Shown in pieces: positions 37,880-51,629 of a stretch of 62,399 nt of DNA. Location of the stretch: the NCBI RefSeq assembly GCF_000743755.1, contig NW_014569521.1, positions 1-62,399 of the forward strand, written 5' to 3'. Under the pieces are notes generated by a model. It searched no databases. It was not told the origin of the DNA and worked only from the letters and a program-made list of their open reading frames with translations. The position numbers were made by a program, and so were the translations under genes. The number at the start of each line of letters is the position of its first letter. The stretch's first letter is position 1. The DNA is from Blastocystis sp. subtype 4. Lineage: Eukaryota.

Positions 37880-40800
37880 AGCAGAGAGTACTTTTGGGCC
37901 TATTTCTTCAATAATGTCCTTATTTTAGACGTAGTTGGCTCTAAGATTTGAACTCATATACTCCTAAATGACCGTTTTTATTTCTTTGTAGTAAGAAACA
38001 AGATAAGAATCAAAACCATAATAATAGTTGAAAAATGCATCTTCATACGACAACAATGCATAGTCAGATAAAGAACCAAGAGAAGCATGAGACAGGAGAA
38101 GGACTTTCTTGTTCTTGGTATTCCTCATTATTTCCGACGCTTCAGAAGTTAGGAACATACATAGCGGTTGAAGGTCCCAAGATGTCTACCTATCACTTGT
38201 TGATCTATTCATACCTTTAGCAAGACAGATAGTAACTGTTTCAAAATAGAAATCATAGCTGAAGAATCCTGAGTATCCATAAGAAGATGATACGCAACAT
38301 AATCCATCTCATTCGAATTCATTAAGAATGACAAAATGGCATTCAAGTAAGAAATGGTCCAATAATATTGAGTACCAGTAGATAAATTGGAAAAGATACG
38401 AATTAAAGGAGTACAAGGATCTATCTCCAGTACATGTACTTCATTGAGATATGCTCGAATTGAATGAGAGTAAACTAACCAATCTCTTGTACTATCAGCA
38501 CAATCGGCAAATATCTTGCCTGATTCAAGTATCCCTTCTTTCAAGCCTAATACACACAGTTTGCATCGTTCTCGGTCCTGATTATCATAATAATACTGAC
38601 AGAGTCTCGACATCATGTGAGATGAAAGATGAGATAATAAATCTGGAATAACACAAATCGGAATGAAATCAGCAATTGATAGAATCACATTCAAAACAGC
38701 TTCGGTAACTTCGGAAAAGACAGAAAGCGATTGAATGAATGCACTACAGACTTCCTTCCATTCAAGTTCACTCATCTCTACACATTACTTCGTAACAAGA
38801 GAATCACGAGAATGAAGGGATTTCAAGACAGATATCAGGAGCTGAAATACATTCAATGAGTCATCACATCGAAATTGAGGAAGATTTTGGAATGCCACAA
38901 GTAGAGCCGATTTCTGACTCAATAACTCCTTGATATTCATCCAACGAACACTAAGAATTACAAGCCCTCAAAGATCCAACAAATTCGAAAACACAAGTCC
39001 AGAATTCGGAACATTTTTCTTCATCCAAGACAGGACTTGCTCAATCAGTTCCCATTGGTGTAGGCAGGCACATTGTGTCAGTAAATAACTAGCCAGTTCT
39101 CGGTAGTCACCTCGAGGTGTGTAACAGAGGGAGAGTGAATGAATGAGTGATGTAAGGAGAATAGGTGAAGAGTACTTAGAGAGTTGATTCCAGAACATAC
39201 GAGGAATCGAAGTTTTTGGAAGTGAGAGAAGAGGATTCACTTTAGGAAGAGAGTCTGTGAAAACAGGTTCATATGATTGGGATTGTGATGTAAGAGACAT
39301 GGATTGAAGGTGGAGGAAATGAGTTAAAATGGGAAGCAAAGTACTTAAAATAATGTTTAGATTCATTCTTACTTCCATTCATCAGGAGAGTGAAGTGTTT
39401 CTTTCTTATTCCATTTCTCATAAACTCTCTTCATACTCTCTTCATTCAGAGTTAGATCAAGGAGATGTTCTCTATTCTTCTGCTCGTTTGTTATCAAGAT
39501 CTTCTGAATACGATCTTGAAGAGGTGAAGAAATGATAATTTCCCGTGGTAATGTGTTTAGTGCCCAATTGGATATTGTTGGAATGGATGACGACACTCCA
39601 TTCAGACTTGTGTATGATGCTGTGTTACAGAGTAATGTGAGAAGACGAAGACGAAGTGATGAGTCTGCTTGAGGGAGCAATTGAGGCAACGTACTAAGTG
39701 CTACTAAGCGAAGTGAAGGTTGAGTTGATTGCTTGGCAAAGTAACAAGCCATCTGAAGGAGATCCATTCCCACCTCCTTATCCTGACTGAACAACCATGC
39801 ATTCAGCATGAGACCACAGTGGAGTACTGTTGTTTCTCCTCCATCTGGCACTTGAATAGAACCAATATCTGTTGTATAAGCATGACATTTCACTCCACAT
39901 TGCATAGATGAATCACTTCGTCGTGATCGAGATGATAAGGAATCGTTCACTTTGTCAAATATGACCAGGAAAGGACGAAGTATCAGTTGACTGAGTTTTG
40001 TCATTCTCTCCTCAGTTTTCAATGATAAGGCTAATGGAATCCTAGAAATACTCTGTAAGAATCGAGCACTTCCTGTTATGAGTGCCAGAAATAGTCCCGA
40101 ATTCTGTTGTGATAAACCCTCATCCCATTTCTTCAAATAGACTTCAAGAATAGTTTCAATCATACTTGTATCGTTCTTTCCATCACAATTCAATCCAATA
40201 TCACCAAGCAAAAACAAGCAGGTTAAGAAACACTCTGTCTTCATTATCTCACACTGCGTTAATAACCAACGAATTGCTTCTTTCTTCTCTTCCCACGGGA
40301 GTTTACCCACTTTCAGTAAGCATGCATACACAATACCAGCATTTGGAGAATGTGTAATATGGGGTCGTATGATTGATAAGAATGACTGGACAGAACACCC
40401 AGCAACCAAAGCCCGCTTCAGAAGAGAGCTTACACTTATCAGAATCATTTCAGTTAATTGGAACAAGTCGATAGAATAGAGAGAAGGGAGATTCAAGAGT
40501 GGAGGAACTGTGAGAAGACTCTGAATACAACTAGAATTGGATCAAACAATCAGACTTACCTCTCGTAATGTGCTGATAACGATGGACTGGAAGGATTAGG
40601 AGAATAACAACCTAGTGGAACCAAAATGTCCAGGATTGTGGAATAACTATTATAGATCTGATTTTCATCATTCCATAAACTCTTTGTTAAAATACACTTT
40701 TCTGGAACAGATGCAATGGAGTTCGTATCGATAGAAGACTGATTTCGTTCAATCGAACCTCCCTCTTCCAACAGGCAGATAAGCTGGATCACTCCAGTGA

Positions 40801-42790
40801 GTCGTTCCTCAGTAACCATCATTGCTTCCATTCGTTTCATGCAGAGACTGATCATAGCTTGTATGTCGGATGAATGAGTGATATCCATCAGAAGTGGTAT
40901 CAACTGAGAAGAAGGAAGTGAAAGCAGTAATGAATACGCTTGAGAAGAGATAGGATCATGAGAGGAAGAAGTGAGATTCCAACATAACTGTACCATTTCC
41001 CGTGTACATCGAGTGAAAGGAAGAAACGCTTCAATCCATTGTAAAGACTCTTGTTCCTCTTCATTTGATGAAGGAGACTTTGGGATCATGGTCTTTAGAG
41101 GAATTGGATCCAGATATCCCAGTGACACAAATTCACAGAGACAGTCAATAAGAAGTGACCGACATAACTGAGATTCTGGTGATGATGGTTTGACTTCAAG
41201 ATAGATTCGAATAAAGTGAGCAAGAAGAGGAAGTAATTCATCCAAATACTGCTTACCTTCTTCAGTAAGTCGTCTAAATGAAGTCAACAAAGCAATATGA
41301 ACAATGGATGAAGATGGATCTGAGAATGAGAAGAAGGAACCTTAAGTACACAATCGAATGCAAGTACGAATACCAACCCAAAAAGGATTCTCAAAAGAAG
41401 ATTGAACTAATAGACATTGTGTCATAATTTCTATGATGAGTGGTGTGATCGAAGCACAAGAAGAGATAAGAGGAAGAAGAAGGCTAGCAAGTGTATTTGT
41501 AAGAACAGAGGAGGTATAGAGTTGTGGAAGATGATGGAGAAGAAGACAAAGGATTGATGGATGATTCAAATGATACTGAATGGCTGCTCTGTGATAATAA
41601 GAATGATGATATCCCTACAAGAACACAGAAATATGAGAATGATGAGAAATTTGAGAAGTTGATAAAACGGACTGAACAATGGATGCTTGATTACTAAACA
41701 GATATACCAAAGCTAGTTCACGAGGGATCTCTGTGGACTGAATCAGCATCAAACTGAATTCCTGATCATCCAAAGATTTGATCCATTGAGCAATGACTCC
41801 TTCTCCTTCAAATGAAGTTCGAATAATCTTCACAGAGAGAAGATCCTTCAATCCATCCTCATAACAACGACTGAATACACATCGTAAGCAACGATGAATT
41901 CTGTCATCACATTCCAGTTGATTCTTGATAAGGAGTTTCATCATAGTATACAAATAACGCCCGATTTTCTTCATCACAAGTTCAGTTCGAGACATTGCTG
42001 TCAATCCAACCCAACAGAGCAGAAACCAAACATGAACATCAACAGCAAGTTCCTGAGTAAGAGCTGCTTGGATAATGAGATCGATTATATGAGATAAACC
42101 CTCATTTGATTTGAGAGTTGCAATAACGAAATGCAGGACTGAATGCGTTAGATGAGGATTCTTACGAATGGCTTCCGACTGAAGGATAACCTTCAGAAGT
42201 GAAGCAGTAGGCCTGTATAAAAATGGCTGCTCGACTAAAAGCTTCTCAATAAACTTCGTAGAGTATTGCGGCATATGCAAGTACCAATCGAGAAATAAAG
42301 ATGCATACGAAGCGTATTTCTTATGTCCAGCAATATACAATAAAAACTGTTCAAATACGATCAAAGAGGAAGAAGGTGTCGCAGTTGTCTGGAGAGAATC
42401 AACCAACACATCAATATTTGGAACTAGAGACTGTAGAAATGATAGAAGAGGATTCAGAAGGACACTTGTAACTGATGTCAGCCGTAGGACATAACAAGAT
42501 ATGATCTTACCGATCGGATAAATGATATCTTGTTCGAGTCTTCCTTCTCTAAAATAGAGAAGCAGTGTCTGGATCAACTCCACAGAAATGCTAGTATGAA
42601 TATCATCATATCGTCGTATCAACACTAAAATCAATCCAAGCAGACAAACAAACAATCACAAGCCTCCTGACGAATATCTTCATAGGAACTGCAAACAAAC
42701 ACTGGAATTCTTTCAACAAAGGACGATATCGCCAATTCTAATAATTAATTGTCAATCGAACAACTCACCATCATGATTAAGAATTCTCAT
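37880..42790 (-). CDS. Large Leu-rich alpha-solenoid (HEAT/ARM-like) hypothetical protein, multi-exon
   Basis: Seven consecutive minus-strand exon ORFs separated by short GT-AG gaps; no diagnostic motif; both ends approximate. Confidence 0.6.
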
Positions 42791-42945
42791 TTCCAAACTA
42801 TTGAACCCTTCATGACGTACAACAGCATCTACAGAGAGACACAGTTCAATGGAATTCTTGCTCATTCTAATTCAAGTACTTCCGACAAAAGCGAAAAGAA
42901 ACCGCGGTTCCCGTCTAGTGTTGTCGTTTGTTCAATCAAAGTAAA

Positions 42946-44734
42946 ATGGATCCGGAAGATGATAATGGTATCTATAATATAGGCATCGGTGGAAATTTGG
43001 GCGTTCCGTCATCTTATGCCAATGGAGCCTTTTACGCCGATGAGCAAGATACTTTTGTTGCAGGTACAAGCCCTCCTTCTTCGCCTCTAGCCGATGGTGA
43101 TGACGTACTTGAGATTGCTAGATGCCTTACTGATAGAATGGGTTGGGGATCTCTAGACTTGATTTCTCTCCAATTATGGAAGATGTAAAAACGGATAGTC
43201 AACTATTGGACGAACTGAATACAGGTAGATCCATTTCTGTGTTGTTTTACACTAGGACGCAAGAATATCTATGATATTTTGACTCAACACGATGCATATG
43301 CTGTTCTACCTCCAAGTCAAAAACTTCTTGTGTTTAATACTAACAATCCCTTGGATCTTGTGTTTCAGTCCTTACGACGTCAGGGTACGTTATTAGAGTT
43401 ATGGTTATCGATAGAAGCGGTAGAAGGAGTAATATGGAATGCTAATACAGAATCCTATGAGGGAGTAATAACCAGCAGTGATCTCCTATTCTGTTTAAAC
43501 AAACAGGTTGGATCTATTTAATGGATTGAACTATAGTACTCTCTTTACAAGGAAGCGCAACAACAATCTTTAGATCCCAACAATCCAACTCCCTTTCCTC
43601 GTGTTTTAGATTATACAATCAAGCAATACCGAGGTTATCATTTATTGAGGAGATAAGAGGTAGATACGATTTACCCAAACAGCAGGCAACTATCATTCGG
43701 AATTCCAAATAATTCTCTTTTTCAAATTCTGAAACTGATGTTTGATTGTCGTGTTCATCGTATCCCAATTATTGATCGAATCAACGTATAATTATATGAT
43801 TTAGCTGATATTAAGGAAGGAAATCTTATTGGTGTCGTGAATTATCTAGACATTCTTCATCATCTGGTTGCTTTGTATCCAGATCGATTATTTAATTATA
43901 ATTATTCAATTCGAGAGTTAGGAATTGGGAATTATGATCATTTGTGGAGTGTCCGAGAAGATTGTGCTTTACATGAAGGTACGTTCATGTTATTTTATTC
44001 AATATTAGTTCTCCAGATAATGGAAACACAAGCCATTGCTTCTGTTCCAGTTATTGATACAGATCGTTGGAGTGAAGATGCACATTAATTGAGTAGAAAA
44101 TCTTATCGGAATCTTCCAACGAACAGATTTAATCAAATTGGATTTCAAGGATATGACATTATTCAATTATCCAATCAATACCTTCATTTCAAGTGTTAGG
44201 ATTGGTGATTCTGTTAATGTCTAGTTCCAACCTTTCAGTTCTCAGTTAATCATCAATACAAATGAGTCTCTATCTCATCTGTTCTTCACATTCTCTCAAA
44301 GAAACACCACTTCTCTCGTATGTGTGGATGATGATAACAAGCCTTGCGGTCTTGTTTCTATTGTGGATCTGTTCTATTTCTTTCTTAAAGGAGATTTCTC
44401 GGCAGCAGCTCCTCATGTATCTGCTCCTGTCTCTGTACGAGAACGACCTTCAATGAGTCAATCCTATATTACTCCGTTGTTCTCGCCTGGAATCAGTGCA
44501 AGTGGTTCGATGAATGATATGAGTGTCGGAGACTTTTGTATGAACCTCCCAGAGACAATTGTGCAACCACGCATTTCCAACGTCAATAGAGAGGAGATGG
44601 ATGCTGATACATACGATGAAGATTTTGAGAGAATGAAAGGGAATGTACGCAGAGAGAATGAGTTTAGAGAAAGAAACGACATTGGAGGAGGAATGGGAGA
44701 GCGCTTTGTCACAAAGAAAAGAATTATCGAATAG
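42946..44734 (+). CDS. AMPK/SNF1 gamma-subunit-like CBS-domain protein
   Basis: YAVLPPSQKLLVFN, GVITSSD, RVHRIPIID, SIRELGIG and IASVPVID. Confidence 0.82.
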
Positions 44735-44958
44735 TGGTTTAGCCTTGTTACCAGTAGTGTTGTTTGTTACTAAATGCCGATGATTGGTGGCGCAGTAGGT
44801 TAGTGTCAGTGGCTATCGGTCAAGGTGAAAAGTCCATTCCCAGAATTGACGATTGAATTGAATAAATGACCAAATTTGCCTCTTTTTGGGTGCCTCACCG
44901 TATTCAAAACGAGATTCGGTTCTCTAAATATAATTGTCACATATCTTTGCTTATAACA

Positions 44959-46059
44959 ATGGTCGACTCTTTTGTACTGATTCTTTGGGTTATATTTCTT
45001 CTCATTATTATTCTTACCCTAGTTAAGGGGGTGAAAGTTGTACATCAAGGCACTTTCATGATTGTTGAGCATTTTGGAGAGTATAGTGTAGGATCTGTCA
45101 TTATGTTTTGTATCACACTTAGAGAACATTAAAACCTGGTATTCACTTTGTTCTACCTGTAATTGAGAATACACGTCGAGTTCACTGGAAATATATGGAG
45201 GCAACATCAAATGGAGAGATGGAGATTCAGCTAATCAATACAGATCGTATTGATATGCGTGAGCATGTTTTGGATTTTGGCAAGCAGAAGGTCATTACGA
45301 AGGATAATGTCATTATCGACATTGATGCCTTGGTATATTTCCGTATCACAGATCCAAAAGCCGCAACATTCAACGTTGTGAATCTCCCTGATGCTGTGGA
45401 ACTTCTCACTCAGGCCACACTTCGTAATATCATTGCTAAGATTACATTGGATGATACCTTCTCGTCTCGAGAGACAATTAATGAAGAACTACTGGAACGA
45501 GTAGGTGTATTAAAACATATGAAATGAAAGATCCACCTGGATGCGGAGCGTTGGGGAGTAACAATCACTCGTGTAGAGATTCAGAATATCATCCCTCCCA
45601 ATGATATTAAGAATGTAATGGAGAAGCAGATCAAGAGTGAACGTACTCGACGAGCTGAGGTTCTTCGTGCCGATGGTGACCGTATGCGTGATGTGATTAC
45701 AAGTCGTGGTAATGTCGCGAAAGTAAGGATATTAGAAGTAAATAAGACGTAGCAAGTTTTGAATGCTGAGGGTACACGTGCATCAACAATTCTTCGTGCT
45801 GAAGGACAAGCAGCTGCAAAATTGATGGCTGCAGAGGCTGAGAAGAAGTCATTAGAAATGATTGCTAGTGGTAGAGATAGAGAGAATGAATAAGACATTA
45901 GCGCTGGAGGGAACAGGAGTTCTTGCTACAGAGTATATGGTAGCTCAACAATATCTTCAGATCCTGAGTTCATTGATGACACAGGGAACAAATAAAGTAG
46001 TACTCTTACCAGCAAAGACGGTAGATAACCTTGAGAAGATTGTTAGTATGAATTGTTAA
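44959..46059 (+). CDS. SPFH/band-7 (stomatin-like) protein
   Basis: N-terminal TM, IVEHFGEY, QKVITKDNV, QATLRNII, WGVTITRVEIQNIIPP and MEKQIKSERTRRA. Confidence 0.92.
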
Positions 46060-46088
46060 ATGTGATTCTGTTTTCTTACAAACATAAT

Positions 46089-48912
46089 AGAAGTAATCAT
46101 CTTCACTTATATCTGTTAAGGATTTGTTCTGAGCGATCATCCTTCCATCAACTTCCATATTATATGTAACAGTACCTTTCTTATCCACCATAAGATCTAC
46201 TCTGAATTCCATACCTTTTCTCACTGTAAGCCATTCATAACATGAGCCCAATGAAATCTTCTTTCCCTTCATCATTTTCACAATCGGATACTCTACAGAA
46301 CTCTTATTAACCATTTCTCTGACAGTAAATGTTCCCTTTGTTGGCAGTACCGTACCTATGGGTACCAAGATTGATCCATTTGTTTCACACCTCAATAGAT
46401 AATTCGTTCTAGGAGCTTTGGAAAGATGATTTGGCTGGGGAATAGAACCAAGAGGACCAGGAGGCGTAGGAACTCTGGGCCTAGTAGGAGGACGAACTGA
46501 CTGAGTACGACCTCTGGGCTTAGTAGGAGGAAGAGGAGGAATAGTAGGAGGAGTAGGAGGCAGAACTGGCTGAGGAGAAGTACGAAGAGGAGGCTCAGTA
46601 GGAGGCAGAACTGGCTGAGGAGGAGTAGGAATAGTAGGAAGAGGAGGAGGAGTAGGAATCTCAGATTCAGTAGGAGGAAGAACTGGCTGAGGAGGAGTAG
46701 GAGTAGGAGGAATCTCAGGCTCAGTAGGAGGCAGAACTGGCTGAGGAGGAGTAGGGATAGTAGGAGGAAGAGGAGGAGTAGGAATTTCAGGCTCAGTAGG
46801 AGGCAGAACTGGCTGAGGAGGAGTAGGGATAGTAGGAGGAAGAGGAATCTCAGGCTCAGTAGGAGGCAGAATTGGTTGAGGAGGAGTAGGAATCTCAGGC
46901 TCAGTAGGAGGAAGAACTGGCTGAGGAGGAGTAGGAATAGTAGGAGGAGTAGGAATCTCAGGCTCAGTAGGAGGCAGAATTGGTTGAGGAGGAGTAGGAA
47001 TAGTAGGAATCTCAGGCTCAGTAGGAGGAAGAACTGGCTGAGGAGGAGTAGGAATAGTAGGAGGAAGAGGAGGAGTAGGAATCTCAGGCTCCATAGGAGG
47101 CAGAACTGGTTGAGGAGGAGTAGGAATCTCAGGCTCAGTAGGAGGAAGAATTGGCTGAGGAGGAGTAGGAAGAGTAGGAGGAAGAATTGGTTGAGGAGGA
47201 GTAGGAATTTCAGGCTCAGTAGGAGGAAGAATTGGTTGAGGAGGAGTAGGAAGAGTAGGAGGAAGAGGAATCTCAGGCTCAGTAGAAGGCAGAACTGGTT
47301 GAGGAGGAGTAGGAAGAGTAGGAAGAGTAGGAATTTCAGGTTCAGTAGAAGGCAGAATTGGTTGAGGAGTAGAAACCTCAGGCTCAGTAGGAGGCAGAAC
47401 TGGTTGAGGAGGAGTAGGAATAGTAGGAGGAGTAGGAATCTCAGGCTCAGTAGGAGACAGAATTGGTTGAGGAGTAGAAACCTCAGGTTCAGGATTAGTG
47501 GGGAGAGCAGGAATGGGAACTGTCGATTTAGTAGTCTGAAGTCCTAAAGAAATAGTGTCACTAAGAGCAGCAGGGAATGGACCTCCAATCACGGCAAGAT
47601 GTCCTCCTGTATCGTCACCATCATCACTGGATGACATAGAATCCTCCGTAGGGTCAGGATTAACTTCCGCAGGTACGTATTCTGAGGTTGGAAGTGTTAC
47701 TTCAATCTCACTAGCAAACTCAGGTATATATGGAATATGCTCAGAAATAACCATCACATCACATGGAGCACCATCTTCTCCATCACTACTCAAAGGTGAA
47801 GAACAGCTATATTCATTGATCATTCCACGAATAACTGCTTCTTGAGGATTCTCTATACTCCTCACATCTTTACCTGTAACTTCACGCAGTATGTCTTTGA
47901 TAAAACTGAAATTGCCGCCTCCTCCAGCCAAAATGACAGAATAAATTGATAGAGATTGATTTGAAGTCAAAAATTCAGTTACAAAAGCCTTGAAATCTGT
48001 AATGTATCCATTTGCTATCTGATATACTGTCTCTTCAGTTAATTCATATCCTTTGGTAGACTTGACACCCACAACTTTCTGAGGATCAAATATGACACTT
48101 CCTGATTTTGCGAATTCAATCATTTTCTCTTCCAGATATGCATATAAACGACACATAATTGTAGAATCTTCTGAATTAGAGAATGAGACGTTACATTCTT
48201 TTATCAATAGGTCAAAAAGACTGTTATAGAGACTATAACAACTGAACTCCATCTTACTGATGGTCCTCTCTTCTTTGGGTTCAGGTCCTCCGCTAATGAT
48301 GGAAAAGGAAGCATGTGTACCACCAATGTCTACAACAAGGTAGTTTTTGCGAGGAATACTCGTATAGAGACTTTTAGCAATCATTAAAGGCTCCGATACA
48401 TATATGGCATGACTCATCGCATTCACCATCGACACAGATGATTCGAATGTTGATCTTTCAATTTCACTGAATTCTGTAGGCGATGCAATCAAGATATCTC
48501 CAAGACTACCTTTCGATCGGCAGAGAACCGTTTCCAACGCTTGGAAGAAATCACTGATTACAGCTGGAACAGCCAAATTACTGGATAATGTATCTAGATG
48601 ATATCCAATTAACTGATTACAATTGATTAATCTACTCTTTGGAAGAAGATATTTATAAAAGTCACATTCCGTACGATAGGGTTTTCGAACCATCGACCGA
48701 AAAAAGAAAACAGAAGAACCATCCAGCCTATCTGAACAACCCAATTGAGGTTGCTCATTCTGATATGATAATGAAGTGTTGAACACACTCTTTTCATTCA
48801 CAATATTCAATACTTCCGAAGAACAATCATCACAGATGGCAACAATTGTATTCACGGACCCGATACTGATGAGAGTCTTCTGGTACTTTCTTTCATAGTC
48901 TTCTACACTCAT
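46089..48912 (-). CDS. Divergent Hsp70-like protein with a long proline-rich insertion
   Basis: ISIGS, VSEP, VVDIGGT, VILAGGG and NPQEAVIRG follow Hsp70 ATPase motif order; C-terminal SBD-beta-like region; intronless; stop predicted at T46089. Confidence 0.75.
46530..47490 (-). repeat. Coding proline-rich tandem repeat (PPTEPEIPTPP/QPVL)
   Basis: Many near-identical purine-rich units such as AGGAGTAGGAATCTCAGGCTCAGTAGGAGG. Confidence 0.95.
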
Positions 48913-49054
48913 TCGAATCAGTAAATAGTGATCTCAGTCACAATTCGATAGTGTGGATATGTCTTGAGTATCAAGAGTTCAGGTTAACCACTATTGTTTC
49001 TAATATGGCTTTTTCATAAAAACAATGAATTATTCACCAATGAATCAGCTATAC

Positions 49055-49873
49055 TTATTTTCTTCCCTTCCCTCGTTTGCTTCCTTTCTTGCCAGCAGGT
49101 TCTTCCTTCTTTTCTCCAGCTCCCGCTTCTAGGGGTTATTAACTCGTTATAACAAAACCTGATGCATCATCCTCAAATCGGAAATCACCTCCTGTCACTT
49201 GTGTCAACTCATTCATAAATGTTGGCATCGTAGTGGTTGTAAAAGTCACTTCGGCTTTGTAATCTGTAGCTGTGTATTTATCTCTTCGGATTTCACACCA
49301 TTTACGAACTACCGAAGTTGCCTTTCCGGCTGCTCTAAAATTCAGTTCTACCGAAAAGGGTTACGCTAAAGAAATATACAGAAAACCATGCGTTTCATTC
49401 TTCTTAAAAGGGATTGTTGATTTTAATTGTTTCGCAATACTGTCACCCTGTTTACTCACAGATACATTGAGATCGATCTTCAAGCCTTTGATCGTGTTCA
49501 TCCCATTCTCAATTCGAGTGATAGGAACAGGAAGATTTGTAACTCCATCGATATAGGTTTTGAAGATATAGTCAATAATCTGTCTTCGTTTCTTCTCTGT
49601 CATTTCTCTCTTCTCTTGGACAGAGTATTGAGGTTCTCCGTGAAGTGCAATCTCTTCCATACACTTCCAAACATCAGTCGATCCAAAGACTGTCATCAAA
49701 TCAGCGTCAGACATTGTCATACCACTTTCTGGAATGACTGCATCAAGAAGCGATACTTCACGCATCGTTTTCTTGCCTTCCATATACTCAGCATATTTGG
49801 TCTTATCGAGATAGATTTGCATCTTAAATCCACCTTTCGAATACTTTACAATCAATTGATTTGGATTACTCAT
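49055..49873 (-). CDS. SBDS/Sdo1-family ribosome maturation protein (divergent)
   Basis: VKYSKGGFKMQI, DLMTVFGSTD, IALHGEPQYSVQEKREMTEKKRRQIIDYI and IDGVTNLPVPITRIENGM; two short introns. Confidence 0.85.
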
Positions 49874-49910
49874 AATGACAAGGAAACAATGATTCTTTAA
49901 AACAAAAACT

Positions 49911-51445
49911 CTATTGTACAATACGATATAAACTGAATAACTTTGTGGAAGTAACATAAACTTGTTCAAAGCTGTATCGCAAATCACTCGTAGAAGAGTT
50001 TCCAGTCCTCACTATCCTATAAACAGAACGATCCACCAAATGAAGGTTGTTTACACCATTATGATCAAAGGGAGAAAAAAGTAAATAGTGATAAGGAAGG
50101 GATGAAAATACATAGAAAGCCTCCGTTTCCGGTTTACTAACGACTTCCATCCACAGAGAAGTGTCCTTACCATTCACAGTCGTCACTTTAAGAATATCGC
50201 TTCCTAAAATCTCTTTCCTACGAATTGCATTAATCAATTCCTTTGCTTCCAAGTGAACTTGTCTTGTTAACTTCTTGTCTATTCCCCTGTAATCCATATT
50301 CAAAACATGTGAAGGAGATACAATAGAAACAAGATCAAGACACACAAGGATCAAAATACTCATAAAGAGAGTTATCCAAGCAAGTGTTCGTTTCTTTCCG
50401 TTTCTCTTCATCCAATTTATAACTTCATCCAGTAAATCCTGTAAGGAGGACACAGTTGATGGTATGATGAACCGAAAAGTCACAACTACAAGAAGAACTG
50501 GAGTAAGCGCAGTACTGAAAAGTGCAAAGAATGATGATGAAGGAAGAAATAAGGTACATACTTGAAGAATCAGCATTTCCACAGGACATGGAACCAATAT
50601 CATTATCATAATTAGGAGAATACAGAGAATGGTTGTAAGCGGTTGTTGAGGAAAAGAATAGGTAATTTGAAAAATGGGAGCTTGGTTGGAGCGAAGAAGT
50701 GGAATAGTAGAAGCTAGCAATAGAAGGAAGTGCTGATAGGAGTGCAGCCGATGAATATAGACAGTGGAAAGAAGCAGGAGGAGAAGGAGAATGGTAATAT
50801 ATGGATTTGATATCCACAAACTAAAAGCCAAGATGGTGAGAAATATGGATCCGCGGTTCTGAAGGAGAGGCAACAGACAGATAACATCGAATCGAGAGGC
50901 AGACACAGTTACAAGAAATGCTGCAATGACCTCACATATCCAAGAAGGATGATTCGTAAAATAGGTACATAAAACAACTGTTTGACACATCAAGAAGCAG
51001 GAGAGAAGTGTTATTTGTTCTGTTGGATCTAAAAGATACTTCCATATAGGTAATATCGAAAATAGGGAAGATACAATACTGACAAGGAAAGGATGTAATG
51101 ACTCAGAAATGAATCCAGACCAGAAAGGGACAATACAAGCTGGAGATAAACAGATCATTCCATACATGAAGTACGAGATAAATGGATACGAAGAGATTAG
51201 CTTTTTAAAAACTTGTATTAATACATCCTGAATGCTCCAAGATGTCGATTTGAGGGATCCTTCTGACATCAGCTCCTGTATATCGTCAACATCCATTTGA
51301 GGGGTATAACTTCGAATCATGTAGACTTGGAAACAGACTAGAGTCAATTCAAATGAGAAAACTCACTAGGCAACAACAATGGTACCCATCGTACCAACCG
51401 CTTCTTTACTGGATCTGATATATTATTCGTCCATCCAATAATCAT
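49911..51445 (-). CDS. Multi-pass membrane protein, degenerate STT3-like
   Basis: Many TM segments, then a soluble C-terminal domain with SPSHVL, VSKPETEAFYVF..YLLF and FEQVYVTSTKLFSLYRI; no WWDYG motif. Confidence 0.55.
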
Positions 51446-51629
51446 ATCCAATGTAACACAATCAAAGAATGTATTCGATTATTTGATGAAGATGAAAAAA
51501 AGTATTCTTTCGCTATTGTCCTATATCTACAGTTTTATTAATACCAATGAGAATGGTATCTGGTCTCACAATGAGTGTTTGTACCAAACCGCGGTTATTT
51601 TCTCCTCTACAAAAACTCACTTCTAGGAG

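Noticed and set aside
33660..47490. Two tandem arrays considered as CRISPR-like
   Set aside because: Both are in-frame coding repeats with no unique spacers, no cas genes and a eukaryotic context
46876..47547. Arg-rich 223-aa plus-strand ORF (protamine-like)
   Set aside because: Antisense reading of the proline repeat, with no ATG start
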